This document shows positions 18,227 through 26,191 of a stretch of 64,000 nucleotides of DNA, one piece after another. Under the pieces are notes generated by a model. The model was given only the letters and a program-made list of their open reading frames with translations, was not told the origin of the DNA and did no database searches. Origin of the DNA: Candidatus Enterousia onthequi (lineage in GTDB: Bacteria; Pseudomonadota; Alphaproteobacteria; Rs-D84); the NCBI GenBank assembly GCA_018064365.1, contig JAGHVJ010000011.1, positions 13,269-77,268 of the forward strand. Direction: 5' to 3'. The number at the start of each line of letters is the position of its first letter. Within the stretch, counting starts at the first letter, position 1. A program made the translations under genes and the position numbers.

Positions 18227-19729
18227 TTACAAACCCAATTCTTTCAAATATTTTTCCATTTCATCTGTGGTTTTGGATAGTTCCGATGTTAATTCGGCGA
18301 TGCGTTTGCGGGTTGCAGGAATATCCACCGGTTCTTCTTCTTCAAATGTATCGACATAACGCGGAATATTCAGGTTGAAATCGTTTTCTTTGATTTCATC
18401 GAATGTTGCCACATGTGAATATTTTTCAATTTCACTGCGTTTTTTATACGTATCCACGATTTTTTCGATATTTTCATCCGACAGAGCATTTTGGTTTTTA
18501 CCGGCTGTAAATTCACGGCTGGCATCAATAAATAAAACGTCTTTGCGGTTTTCGTTTTTACCACCGGCTTCACGTGAACGATCGAAAATCAATATTGCGA
18601 CTGGTATACCTGTGGTTTGGAACAAACCAGACGGCAACCCAATGACCGCATCCAAGATATTTTCTTCTAAAAATGCCTGACGGATGCGTCCTTCGGACGA
18701 ACCACGGAACAAAACACCATGCGGAACAATTACCGCCACACGACCCTCTTTGGTTTTAGCCGTTTCAACCATGTGGGATATAAATGCATAATCGCCCTTG
18801 CTGGCCGGTGGCATACCACGCCAGAAACGATTGTATTTATCGTTTTCCAGCGATTTATCACCCCATTTATCTAATGAAAATGGCGGATTGGCAACGACAA
18901 CATCAAATTTCATCAATCCATTGCCATCACGCAACAATGGATTGTTTAATGTATCACCCCATTCAATACGCGCGGAATCCAAACCGTGTAAAAACATATT
19001 CATACGCGCCAAGTTATATGTTGCACCGGTTTTTTCCTGGCCATAAAGTGCATAATCTTTGGACCCAGATTTTTCGATTTCGGCACCGGCCAACAACAAT
19101 AATCCACCCGAACCGCATGCTGGGTCACATATACGATCACCGGATTTTGGTTCCGCCAATTTAGCGACCAATTTACATAAAGTGCGTGGCGAAAAGAACT
19201 CACCCGCCTTTTTTCCCGCTTCAGTCCCGAACCTCTCGATCATGTACATGTATGCATTACCCAGAATATCATCATCAACTTCGCCCAGATCCGCCCCATT
19301 AAAATCTTTTAACAAGTTACGTATCATTTTATTACGTTGGTCGGTTGGACCAAGAATTGCCTGGGAATTAAAATCAACCGTAAATATGTCATGCAACTTT
19401 TCATCGTTGGCATCTTCAATCTGTTGCAATGCCACATTTAATATTTCGCCGATATTATCCGCCGACTGTTGAGCATAGACGTCGTAAAAACTTGCACCGT
19501 CTGGCATAACAAAACGGGCGTTTTTCAAACGCATTTCGATACGTTCTTTGTCATCGCCATAACGTTCAACCAATTTTGCACGTTCAATTTTGTGCATATC
19601 CGACATGTATTTGTAGAATAACAACGCCAAGACATAGTCTTTGAAAACACCTGCATCAACCGTTCCACGTGCAGAATCCGCCGCAGACCACAATAATTTA
19701 TTCAAATCGTCCTGTGTAATTTTAGCCAT
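18227..19729 (-). CDS. hsdM: type I R-M N6-adenine DNA methyltransferase subunit
   Basis: AdoMet motif DPACGSGGLL and catalytic motif VVANPPFS. 500 aa. Confidence 0.9.
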   Translation of the reverse strand: MAKITQDDLNKLLWSAADSARGTVDAGVFKDYVLALLFYKYMSDMHKIERAKLVERYGDDKERIEMRLKNARFVMPDGASFYDVYAQQSADNIGEILNVALQQIEDANDEKLHDIFTVDFNSQAILGPTDQRNKMIRNLLKDFNGADLGEVDDDILGNAYMYMIERFGTEAGKKAGEFFSPRTLCKLVAKLAEPKSGDRICDPACGSGGLLLLAGAEIEKSGSKDYALYGQEKTGATYNLARMNMFLHGLDSARIEWGDTLNNPLLRDGNGLMKFDVVVANPPFSLDKWGDKSLENDKYNRFWRGMPPASKGDYAFISHMVETAKTKEGRVAVIVPHGVLFRGSSEGRIRQAFLEENILDAVIGLPSGLFQTTGIPVAILIFDRSREAGGKNENRKDVLFIDASREFTAGKNQNALSDENIEKIVDTYKKRSEIEKYSHVATFDEIKENDFNLNIPRYVDTFEEEEPVDIPATRKRIAELTSELSKTTDEMEKYLKELGL

Positions 19730-20285
19730 CTATAGCCCCTTTGATTATTTGATTCATTAAACTTTTATTTTGTTTTTGCAAATCCGAAAGTATGTCTTTG
19801 CACCGTTGTGATGCATTAAATGCCCCAGATAACAATTCTTGCTTTTCTTTTGAAACAATCGGGATTTCTAATTCTTGTATTTGTTTAACCGTCAAAGCCG
19901 GCACAGTCATAGATTCTTGTTTTGATGCAAGTTGCCGCTGTCCGATTTCCGAATTGATGTATAACGCGATATATTCTGGCGTTACTTCAGTATCGGAATA
20001 TAACCGAATAACAAACACACCACTAGTTGTTATCGCCTTAAACCGTTCGTTAAAAACACGAGCACAAAATGTTCCGCGGTTAGTCACAAGTACAGAACCA
20101 CGATCTATAATGTGGTGGTCCGGCACCATTCCGGACTTCATGTGTATAAAACTGTTACCATAACCCGAAATTACGTCCTTTGGTTGAATAACAACCAGTC
20201 GCCCATCCGAATCATCCAAAATCGTGCTACGGAAGGCATAACCTGACTTTATCGTTGAAAAAGATCCTAACTTTTTGTACTTCAT
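19722..20285 (-). CDS. hsdS: half-size (single-TRD) type I specificity subunit
   Basis: One TRD followed by one conserved helical region (IPIVSKEKQELLSGAFNASQRCKDILSDLQKQNKSLMNQIIKG). Start taken at the internal MKYKKLGSF (ATG at 20285). The stop overlaps the hsdM start by 8 nt. Confidence 0.6.
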   Translation of the reverse strand: MKYKKLGSFSTIKSGYAFRSTILDDSDGRLVVIQPKDVISGYGNSFIHMKSGMVPDHHIIDRGSVLVTNRGTFCARVFNERFKAITTSGVFVIRLYSDTEVTPEYIALYINSEIGQRQLASKQESMTVPALTVKQIQELEIPIVSKEKQELLSGAFNASQRCKDILSDLQKQNKSLMNQIIKGAIDG

Positions 20286-20363
20286 ACAATCGAAAGTAAC
20301 AGAATTGAGAACAAAAGTCAAGAAAATATTTTGCAATATTAAAATACTACAATACAAACAATA

Positions 20364-21467
20364 TTAAGATTCGAATTTCAACACGTTAACTTCCAACATT
20401 ATTTCACCTGCGCGTTTGTCGGTGATCCCGACTTTGCGTGCAACAGTCAACATGTCAGTATTTGTTATATTTGCACCTTTGCCGTTAATTGACGTTGCGT
20501 GTTCCCATACGCCTGGTGTTTCTGTTAAATCAAATGCAGGTGCCAAATGCCAACCATCGCCGTCATATAAAAACGCAAAATTCTTGGCATGATCGTCCGT
20601 ATTATTTATCAACACATTAAAGCACATCAGACGAAACATCTTTTCAACTTCGACCATATTACGTGTCAATTTTGCCGTCAAAGATAATAAATCTGTATAA
20701 TCCAAAACCGGCTGCTTATGATCCGCATCCAATAAAGCAGAAGCAGATATCATAAACACCTTTTCGCCATTTGGTTTTCTGTCGAAACGCTCTACACCAA
20801 AGTATTTACCATTAAATAATCTGTGCGCTGGAACATCCAGACCAACACGTAATGCTTGTTCCATTATATCAAATTCACGTTTACCGATATCCTTTGGATC
20901 AACAGAAGCCCTGAATTTAATAATCCAATCTGCTCCATCAATTTTACGGAATATCTTTGGTCTTGTTCCGCCAGATGATCCACCAATACGAAATAATTCT
21001 TCTGTTATTTGATCGTCGGTTACAGTGGTTCTGTCGTCTATTATTTTACCGATTTGTTCGGCAATTGCATCCAGGTCAGAATCTTTATATTCAGACACCA
21101 TTTCTTCGGCTGGTTCATATTCCAAAGCACCAGGTCCATTTTTACCAACGATTGCAAGACGATCCAAAACAGATACGCTGTTTGGCGCAATACCACGACG
21201 CTGCAATTCACGATTAACCAATAATTCACCCCAAGCATCAGGTAAACTGTCATTAAACACACCAAAATTCCCATTAAATGGATCACGTTTCGCAACAAAA
21301 ACTCGCTTTTCCAACGGCAATTTGAACAGCGATATGCTGAATCCATTTTTTAACCAATCTGTATCGTATTCAAATGCCATCAAATTATCAGGTGTTAACG
21401 CTAAACGCCCCACGACGTCACCATGATATTTCACAGTTAATATTTTATTTTGCATTTTCACCACCAT
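20364..21467 (-). CDS. hipA: HipA-family serine/threonine kinase toxin
   Basis: Catalytic-loop motif NNTDDHAKNFAFLY plus an N-terminal HipA coupling-domain-like region. It overlaps the upstream HTH gene. Confidence 0.8.
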   Translation of the reverse strand: MVVKMQNKILTVKYHGDVVGRLALTPDNLMAFEYDTDWLKNGFSISLFKLPLEKRVFVAKRDPFNGNFGVFNDSLPDAWGELLVNRELQRRGIAPNSVSVLDRLAIVGKNGPGALEYEPAEEMVSEYKDSDLDAIAEQIGKIIDDRTTVTDDQITEELFRIGGSSGGTRPKIFRKIDGADWIIKFRASVDPKDIGKREFDIMEQALRVGLDVPAHRLFNGKYFGVERFDRKPNGEKVFMISASALLDADHKQPVLDYTDLLSLTAKLTRNMVEVEKMFRLMCFNVLINNTDDHAKNFAFLYDGDGWHLAPAFDLTETPGVWEHATSINGKGANITNTDMLTVARKVGITDKRAGEIMLEVNVLKFES

Positions 21468-21729
21468 CCTTTACCACATCAAATATAGATTGATAATTCT
21501 TGCGCGCGAACAGGTTATTAAAATCATCTTCGTAACCCAGCACGAATGCAAGTTTCAACAAAGATGTTAATGATATTTCACCTGTTCGTTCAAAGCGTTT
21601 AATACTGCCTAATGAAACCCCAGATCGTTGTGCAATTGTTGCTTGCGACATCTTGGACATACGTCTGGCATTACGAAACCGCTCCACCAACGCTGTTTTT
21701 ATAGACAACATATTGTCTATATCTGTCAT
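21445..21729 (-). CDS. hipB: XRE-family HTH antitoxin (HipB-like)
   Basis: 94 aa with an HTH segment (MSQATIAQRSGVSLGSIKRFERTG). It overlaps hipA by 23 nt. Confidence 0.7.
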   Translation of the reverse strand: MTDIDNMLSIKTALVERFRNARRMSKMSQATIAQRSGVSLGSIKRFERTGEISLTSLLKLAFVLGYEDDFNNLFARKNYQSIFDVVKDGGENAK

Positions 21730-21943
21730 TTTATTATACTCTTGGTTATTATATTATTCATAATAATAAAACAAAAACACAGAAAATACAACCGTTTTTT
21801 TCATAAAAAATTAGTGTGCTTTTTGGAAAAATCATGATAAATTTGAAAGTAAGATACAAAGTGGGATACAAATTATACCAAAAAATCTCGGTTTTTCGGA
21901 AAAAAGGTTAGATTTCCAAGCATTTCAGAAAAGTGGCTTGGAA

Positions 21944-21955
21944 CCAGTTGCCCGA
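21944..21955. repeat. att-like direct repeat CCAGTTGCCCGA (right end of the island)
   Basis: A 12/12 match to 1190-1201, the T-stem/acceptor part of the tRNA-Asn fragment. The flanks are partly similar (TGGCTTGGAA versus TGGTTCGAGT). Confidence 0.5.
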
Positions 21956-21970
21956 GCCACATTTTACAAG

Positions 21971-21993
21971 ACTGCCTTTTAAGGCAGTTTTTC
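21971..21993 (+). terminator. rho-independent terminator-like hairpin
   Basis: ACTGCCTT / AAGGCAGT inverted repeat (21971-21988) followed by TTTTCTTT. No annotated plus-strand gene lies upstream. Confidence 0.45.
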
Positions 21994-22069
21994 TTTGGAA
22001 TTTCAAGCTTTTTCGTGGTTCGATAATTCCATTTCAAAAACAGCAAAATTTTATACATTATCGAACTAA
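21986..22069. repeat. approximately 84-nt hairpin-forming repeat, copy A
   Basis: Contains GTTCGATAAT (22018-22027) and ATTATCGAAC (22057-22066) around a conserved loop TCCATTTCAAAAA. A second copy is at 30806-30888. Confidence 0.7.
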
Positions 22070-22111
22070 ATAGAAAAACACCTACGAACCAGCTGCCAAA
22101 TGGCACCTTTT

Positions 22112-22753
22112 CTACTCATTTGGCATTTCGCGTAACGTCTTAGCTGGTACTTTGCCACAATTATTCCTGATATATTTATGAAAATTGTTAGAAAAAACGG
22201 ATTGTTTGGCAGCTCGTTCTTTAAGGTCTTGGATAGAAAACAGTTCTTTGTACCCATTCCACATGTAGTCTGAAAAACATTTGCACGCTTTTTCATTATC
22301 TTCAAGTTTGGTATCCTTGAATTCTATACCCGCATAATGTAGACAATCTACATATATTCTATTGTAACCATCTTCAACAATATCTTTTATGTCCGATGCT
22401 GTTAAAGTTTTCTTATTATATCTGAATTCTACAACGGGGACTTTATCTTGTACACCATCTTTGCGTGTATATCCATATTCGCCAACAGACACAAAGCAAT
22501 GATGCCTTGGTGCTTTAATTTTTTGATCAATTTCCAGTGTTGCCCGAAATCCTTTTGGCAATAAAACCGTATCTCCAATACAACCTTCAGCCATTTTCTT
22601 ATTACAATTAACAGCCAGCGCAGCAGGTCCATTATTTGCATCACCAATCATATCAATAACCTGAACTTCTTTTAAATGTTTCAAACATTCTGGATTTTGG
22701 TTTCTATCACAGGCGCACAGTGCTAATGGTAATAATAAATATGCTTTTTTCAT
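22112..22753 (-). CDS. putative lipoprotein, Cys-rich
   Basis: N-terminus MKKAYLLLPLALCAC is signal peptide/lipobox-like. 213 aa. No recognisable domain. Confidence 0.55.
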   Translation of the reverse strand: MKKAYLLLPLALCACDRNQNPECLKHLKEVQVIDMIGDANNGPAALAVNCNKKMAEGCIGDTVLLPKGFRATLEIDQKIKAPRHHCFVSVGEYGYTRKDGVQDKVPVVEFRYNKKTLTASDIKDIVEDGYNRIYVDCLHYAGIEFKDTKLEDNEKACKCFSDYMWNGYKELFSIQDLKERAAKQSVFSNNFHKYIRNNCGKVPAKTLREMPNE

Positions 22754-22808
22754 GCTGCTATCCTTCCTTTATAAAAACTATACTTTATTTATTTCGTTTT
22801 GCAACCAA

Positions 22809-23192
22809 TCAACTGTGCTTTTCATTTGTTTTTTCGTTTTTATACAATTTTATGCCGATCCATATGGCACAAACCAACAAAGCGCAACTAAACAGAAACA
22901 ACAATAACGCACGAAACGGATGTTCTCTAGATTCTGATGCAAAAATTGCTATTCCGATTCCCATAGCACCAATCATTGCCATAAAATAATCAAGTATTGC
23001 TATAACAAAACCAAACAAAGAAAAGAGACCTTTCATTCCTTCTTTCTTGTAAACTTTCACGACTTTCCCGGGAAATTTCGCAATGCTTATAAACAATTCC
23101 CCAACACCATTCAGAAAAAAAGCAAGCCCATTTAAAATTAATGGAATTCCAATAAACACAAACAAAATCGCACCAACTATAGTCCAAAACAC
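22809..23192 (-). CDS. small integral membrane protein
   Basis: 127 aa with about four hydrophobic segments (for example FWTIVGAILFVFIGIPLILNGLAFFL and FVIAILDYFMAMIGAMGIGIAIF). Confidence 0.5.
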   Translation of the reverse strand: MFWTIVGAILFVFIGIPLILNGLAFFLNGVGELFISIAKFPGKVVKVYKKEGMKGLFSLFGFVIAILDYFMAMIGAMGIGIAIFASESREHPFRALLLFLFSCALLVCAIWIGIKLYKNEKTNEKHS

Positions 23193-23395
23193 CTATATTC
23201 CTCTTAGATACACCCATAATCTATAACATAAATTTATATTTTTCAATATGTTTATTTCCACATATATTTGTGGCATATATACTTCAGAAATCTGTTTTAT
23301 AGCTAAATTACTAAGTAAGTAATTTGCTGAGTTTTTTTAGGGTTATTAGATGCAATGTTCAGTAGACATAAAAAAAAGCACAAAGTTTTTTCATA

Positions 23396-23920
23396 TCATG
23401 CTTCTTTTACAACCAAATTATTTTTGACCCAGCAACGGCTTCCTTCACTTGTACGCACAAGCATCTTTATCTTTGAAAGTTCGTATCCCATAAATTCTTG
23501 TTCATCTATTGGATAATAAATAACCATTTTGGGTGGTATAGCAAGATTATCCCCTGGATTAGTGTAAAGCATATAAGCATCATCAAAACTATTCATTTGC
23601 TGACTTGGCCACCAAATAGCATAATCCTCTCTAAAACAAGACATAGAATGTTTATCACTCCCTATAAAAACAGTATGATTTGTTTCATTTTTTATTCTTA
23701 ACATTATTTGTCCATCTTTTCTGTAATACAGCTCTGATGCCAATTTATCTGTGTGATGATACGGGAACACGTTTAGAATCGTCACCCCGCACGTTCCCAA
23801 GGCAGTCAAAGCCATTATTATAAACATTCCAATATCTTGATCGGGGCCTAAATTTGACCACGCGTACACGATTGCTATCAGTATTAACAAAACAAAAAAA
23901 TAAAAAGCAAAATTCTTCAT
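23396..23920 (-). CDS. membrane-anchored hypothetical protein
   Basis: Start chosen at MKNFAFYFFVLLILIAIVYAW (ATG at 23920). Two N-terminal TM segments are followed by a soluble domain of about 110 aa. Confidence 0.45.
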   Translation of the reverse strand: MKNFAFYFFVLLILIAIVYAWSNLGPDQDIGMFIIMALTALGTCGVTILNVFPYHHTDKLASELYYRKDGQIMLRIKNETNHTVFIGSDKHSMSCFREDYAIWWPSQQMNSFDDAYMLYTNPGDNLAIPPKMVIYYPIDEQEFMGYELSKIKMLVRTSEGSRCWVKNNLVVKEA

Positions 23921-24231
23921 GATTCTAACCGTAACAAAACAATGAATATTTTGCAAACACATTATTTTGATAAAATGGGTTTTATATCTAATTTTGAATA
24001 ACCTTTCTGGAATCGTCCCGCCAATTATTTAGAAAGATTTCACAAATTCTACCTAAGTGGGTAAATTCTTCTGGATTTTCTACCCGATACACGCGAGTTA
24101 TGTCGAACCAAGGAATTTATTCAAATGACCTTTTTTATCGGTTTTACGCACTTTACAGGACACAACGAACCAAGGACCAACAAAAACAATACCTGCCGCA
24201 TATGAAGACCAAACATTCATAAAATATTTAA

Positions 24232-25020
24232 TTATATATTATAACCTGGATACTTTACAGAAATTCCGCCATCTATATTTATAGATTGACCGTTTAAATA
24301 TTCCGATTTATCAGACAGCAAATATTCTATAAAGTTATTTATTTCTGTGAATGTTGAAAAACGACCGGCCGGAATTTGTTGCAAATTATTTTTTGTATTT
24401 TCCGTTTTGGGTTGCGTGTCATATCTTACAACTTTTGTTTCAGAACCCAGTATAGTCAAATCACCACTGATACCGGCTATCCTTATTGAATTACATACAA
24501 TCCCTTTATCTGCATATTCTACAATCAAATTTCGAGCAAAGGCCTCTAATGCTGCTTTTGATGCAGAATATGCCGCGCTTTTTTCTGCACCAAAAATACT
24601 TAATAAAGACGAAATGTTTACTATATTTAATTTTTGATTTTTGGCTATTGCATTCTTTACTAACAATAAAGTTAAATATGCTGTTCCGACATAATTTACG
24701 CTTATTATGTCCTGCAACTTCTTGTAATTTAGATTTTCTATTTTATCAACATTATCTGTAGCAGCATTATTAACAAGGCCTTTGATCTGTATGTTTTGTA
24801 CAGATTTGACAAAATTCTCAATGGAATTTTGGTCAGACAAATCTAATTCCATAAACAATATATTATTTTTATATTCTTGAAATATTTCCTGCATTTCTTG
24901 CAAATGTTCAATATTTCTTGACGTCATAATCAACGCATAACCTTTGCTTAATAAAAATTGAGCAAGTTTATTTCCTATATTTCCAGAGGCACCTGTTAAA
25001 ATTATATAATTTTTATGCAT
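24232..25020 (-). CDS. short-chain dehydrogenase/reductase (SDR)
   Basis: Cofactor motif TGASGNIG and catalytic YSASK. It overlaps the upstream gene by 8 nt. Confidence 0.85.
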   Translation of the reverse strand: MHKNYIILTGASGNIGNKLAQFLLSKGYALIMTSRNIEHLQEMQEIFQEYKNNILFMELDLSDQNSIENFVKSVQNIQIKGLVNNAATDNVDKIENLNYKKLQDIISVNYVGTAYLTLLLVKNAIAKNQKLNIVNISSLLSIFGAEKSAAYSASKAALEAFARNLIVEYADKGIVCNSIRIAGISGDLTILGSETKVVRYDTQPKTENTKNNLQQIPAGRFSTFTEINNFIEYLLSDKSEYLNGQSINIDGGISVKYPGYNI

Positions 25021-26191
25021 TTTTCTTCCTTTGTAATTTCAAAGAATGTAACAACCCAGGTATACATTCTACTATTACATCATCGCGCTTTATCGATAGT
25101 TTATCCGATAGAATATCCTTGATTTGTTCAGAATATTTCAACATATCTTCATCAAAAAAACGTAAATTTACTTGTCTTGTTTGCAAATGTTGGACCAAGA
25201 CACATTTTTGCTGCAAAATATCAGCGATAAATTCCATTGAATCTTTTGGATACATACCATTTATTGCAATATCAGACGAACGTCCTAATAAGACCAAACG
25301 ACCATCTGCGTCAAAACGCGCAATGTCCGTTGTTTGATAAAAATTATTTTCTGGTTCTATAAATTGACCATTTATATTTATTCTGCGACCAATATTAGGA
25401 GAAATTAGTTTTACCATTGGTTTTGAATCAATTTGCACCAACTCTGTTGAGATATTAGAATCGACCGCAAAACCTACTGTTCCTACAGATTTGTCTGTTC
25501 CTTCTATATCAAAATGTGTCAAAGATGCCGTTTCTGTTAAACCGTAACCTTCTCTGATATCAAAACCACGACTTCTGTATATCTGTATAGCTTTTGTACT
25601 TAACGGAGCCCCACCAGAATCAATCAAAACATTTGTACCTGTTGTGTTATCCATTTCTGATAACATATCCAAAATTATCGGATTAGCTAAAATTACAACT
25701 TTATCATAAAATTTTGCGGATGAATCCAAAAAACTCATAATTTCTTCTGGCTTCTTATAAAAGTATTTTGCACCATTATTTTCTGCGTTCAAAACCCCAG
25801 CGATAAAGCTAAAATTATAAGAAGTCGGCATAGGAGAAACAATCATAGATTTATCAGTAATACCATAAATTTTTTTATACCACGAAAGGGTTTGTTTTAT
25901 TTTATCCTGATTAAAAGCGTATATCTTAGGATCTTCTGTACTACCACTGGTAAACATCGCCAAAGAAAAATCATCTAGATGTTCTGTAGAATTCTTACGA
26001 ATACAAATGGTCAAAAATTCATCTTCATAAACCACACTTAAATCAAAATGTTTTTTTAACTGTTCTGGCAACAACACTAACTGACACCCCATCTTTAAAG
26101 CTTTGACAGCTATGTCAGCATATATGTTTTGATCTGTCGCAGTAAGATATATCAATTTATTATTTTTTAATATCTGATCTATACTGTTCAT
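25013..26191 (-). CDS. ANL-superfamily adenylate-forming enzyme (short form)
   Basis: FTSGSTEDPK (A3-like), EGYGLTE (A5-like) and TTDIARFDADGRLVLLGRSSD (A7/A8-like). At 392 aa the C-terminal subdomain is short. Confidence 0.75.
   Translation of the reverse strand: MNSIDQILKNNKLIYLTATDQNIYADIAVKALKMGCQLVLLPEQLKKHFDLSVVYEDEFLTICIRKNSTEHLDDFSLAMFTSGSTEDPKIYAFNQDKIKQTLSWYKKIYGITDKSMIVSPMPTSYNFSFIAGVLNAENNGAKYFYKKPEEIMSFLDSSAKFYDKVVILANPIILDMLSEMDNTTGTNVLIDSGGAPLSTKAIQIYRSRGFDIREGYGLTETASLTHFDIEGTDKSVGTVGFAVDSNISTELVQIDSKPMVKLISPNIGRRININGQFIEPENNFYQTTDIARFDADGRLVLLGRSSDIAINGMYPKDSMEFIADILQQKCVLVQHLQTRQVNLRFFDEDMLKYSEQIKDILSDKLSIKRDDVIVECIPGLLHSLKLQRKKNA

Larger units (their letters stand above)
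1202..21955. mobile_element. integrative genomic island (replication-like module plus defence genes) with integrase next to the tRNA fragment
   Basis: CCAGTTGCCCGA at 1190-1201 (acceptor end of the tRNA fragment) recurs at 21944-21955. The integrase gene starts 180 nt from the left copy. The cargo is typical island content. Boundaries are provisional. Confidence 0.5.

Noticed and set aside
18375-19472. Several 80-137-aa plus-strand ORFs inside hsdM
   Set aside because: They are antisense to a gene with unambiguous methyltransferase motifs and have no motifs of their own.
20957-21426. Plus- and minus-strand ORFs nested in hipA
   Set aside because: They are antisense or out of frame relative to hipA, which carries the kinase catalytic motif.
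21930-22075. Possible tmRNA (including a two-piece alphaproteobacterial ssrA) or an intact tRNA at the island junction
   Set aside because: There is no acceptor stem closing with a CCA end, no resume codon or tag reading frame ending in a hydrophobic A-A tail, and the T-arm-like GGTTCGATAATTCC deviates from consensus. I treat these as tRNA-derived att debris and repeats instead.
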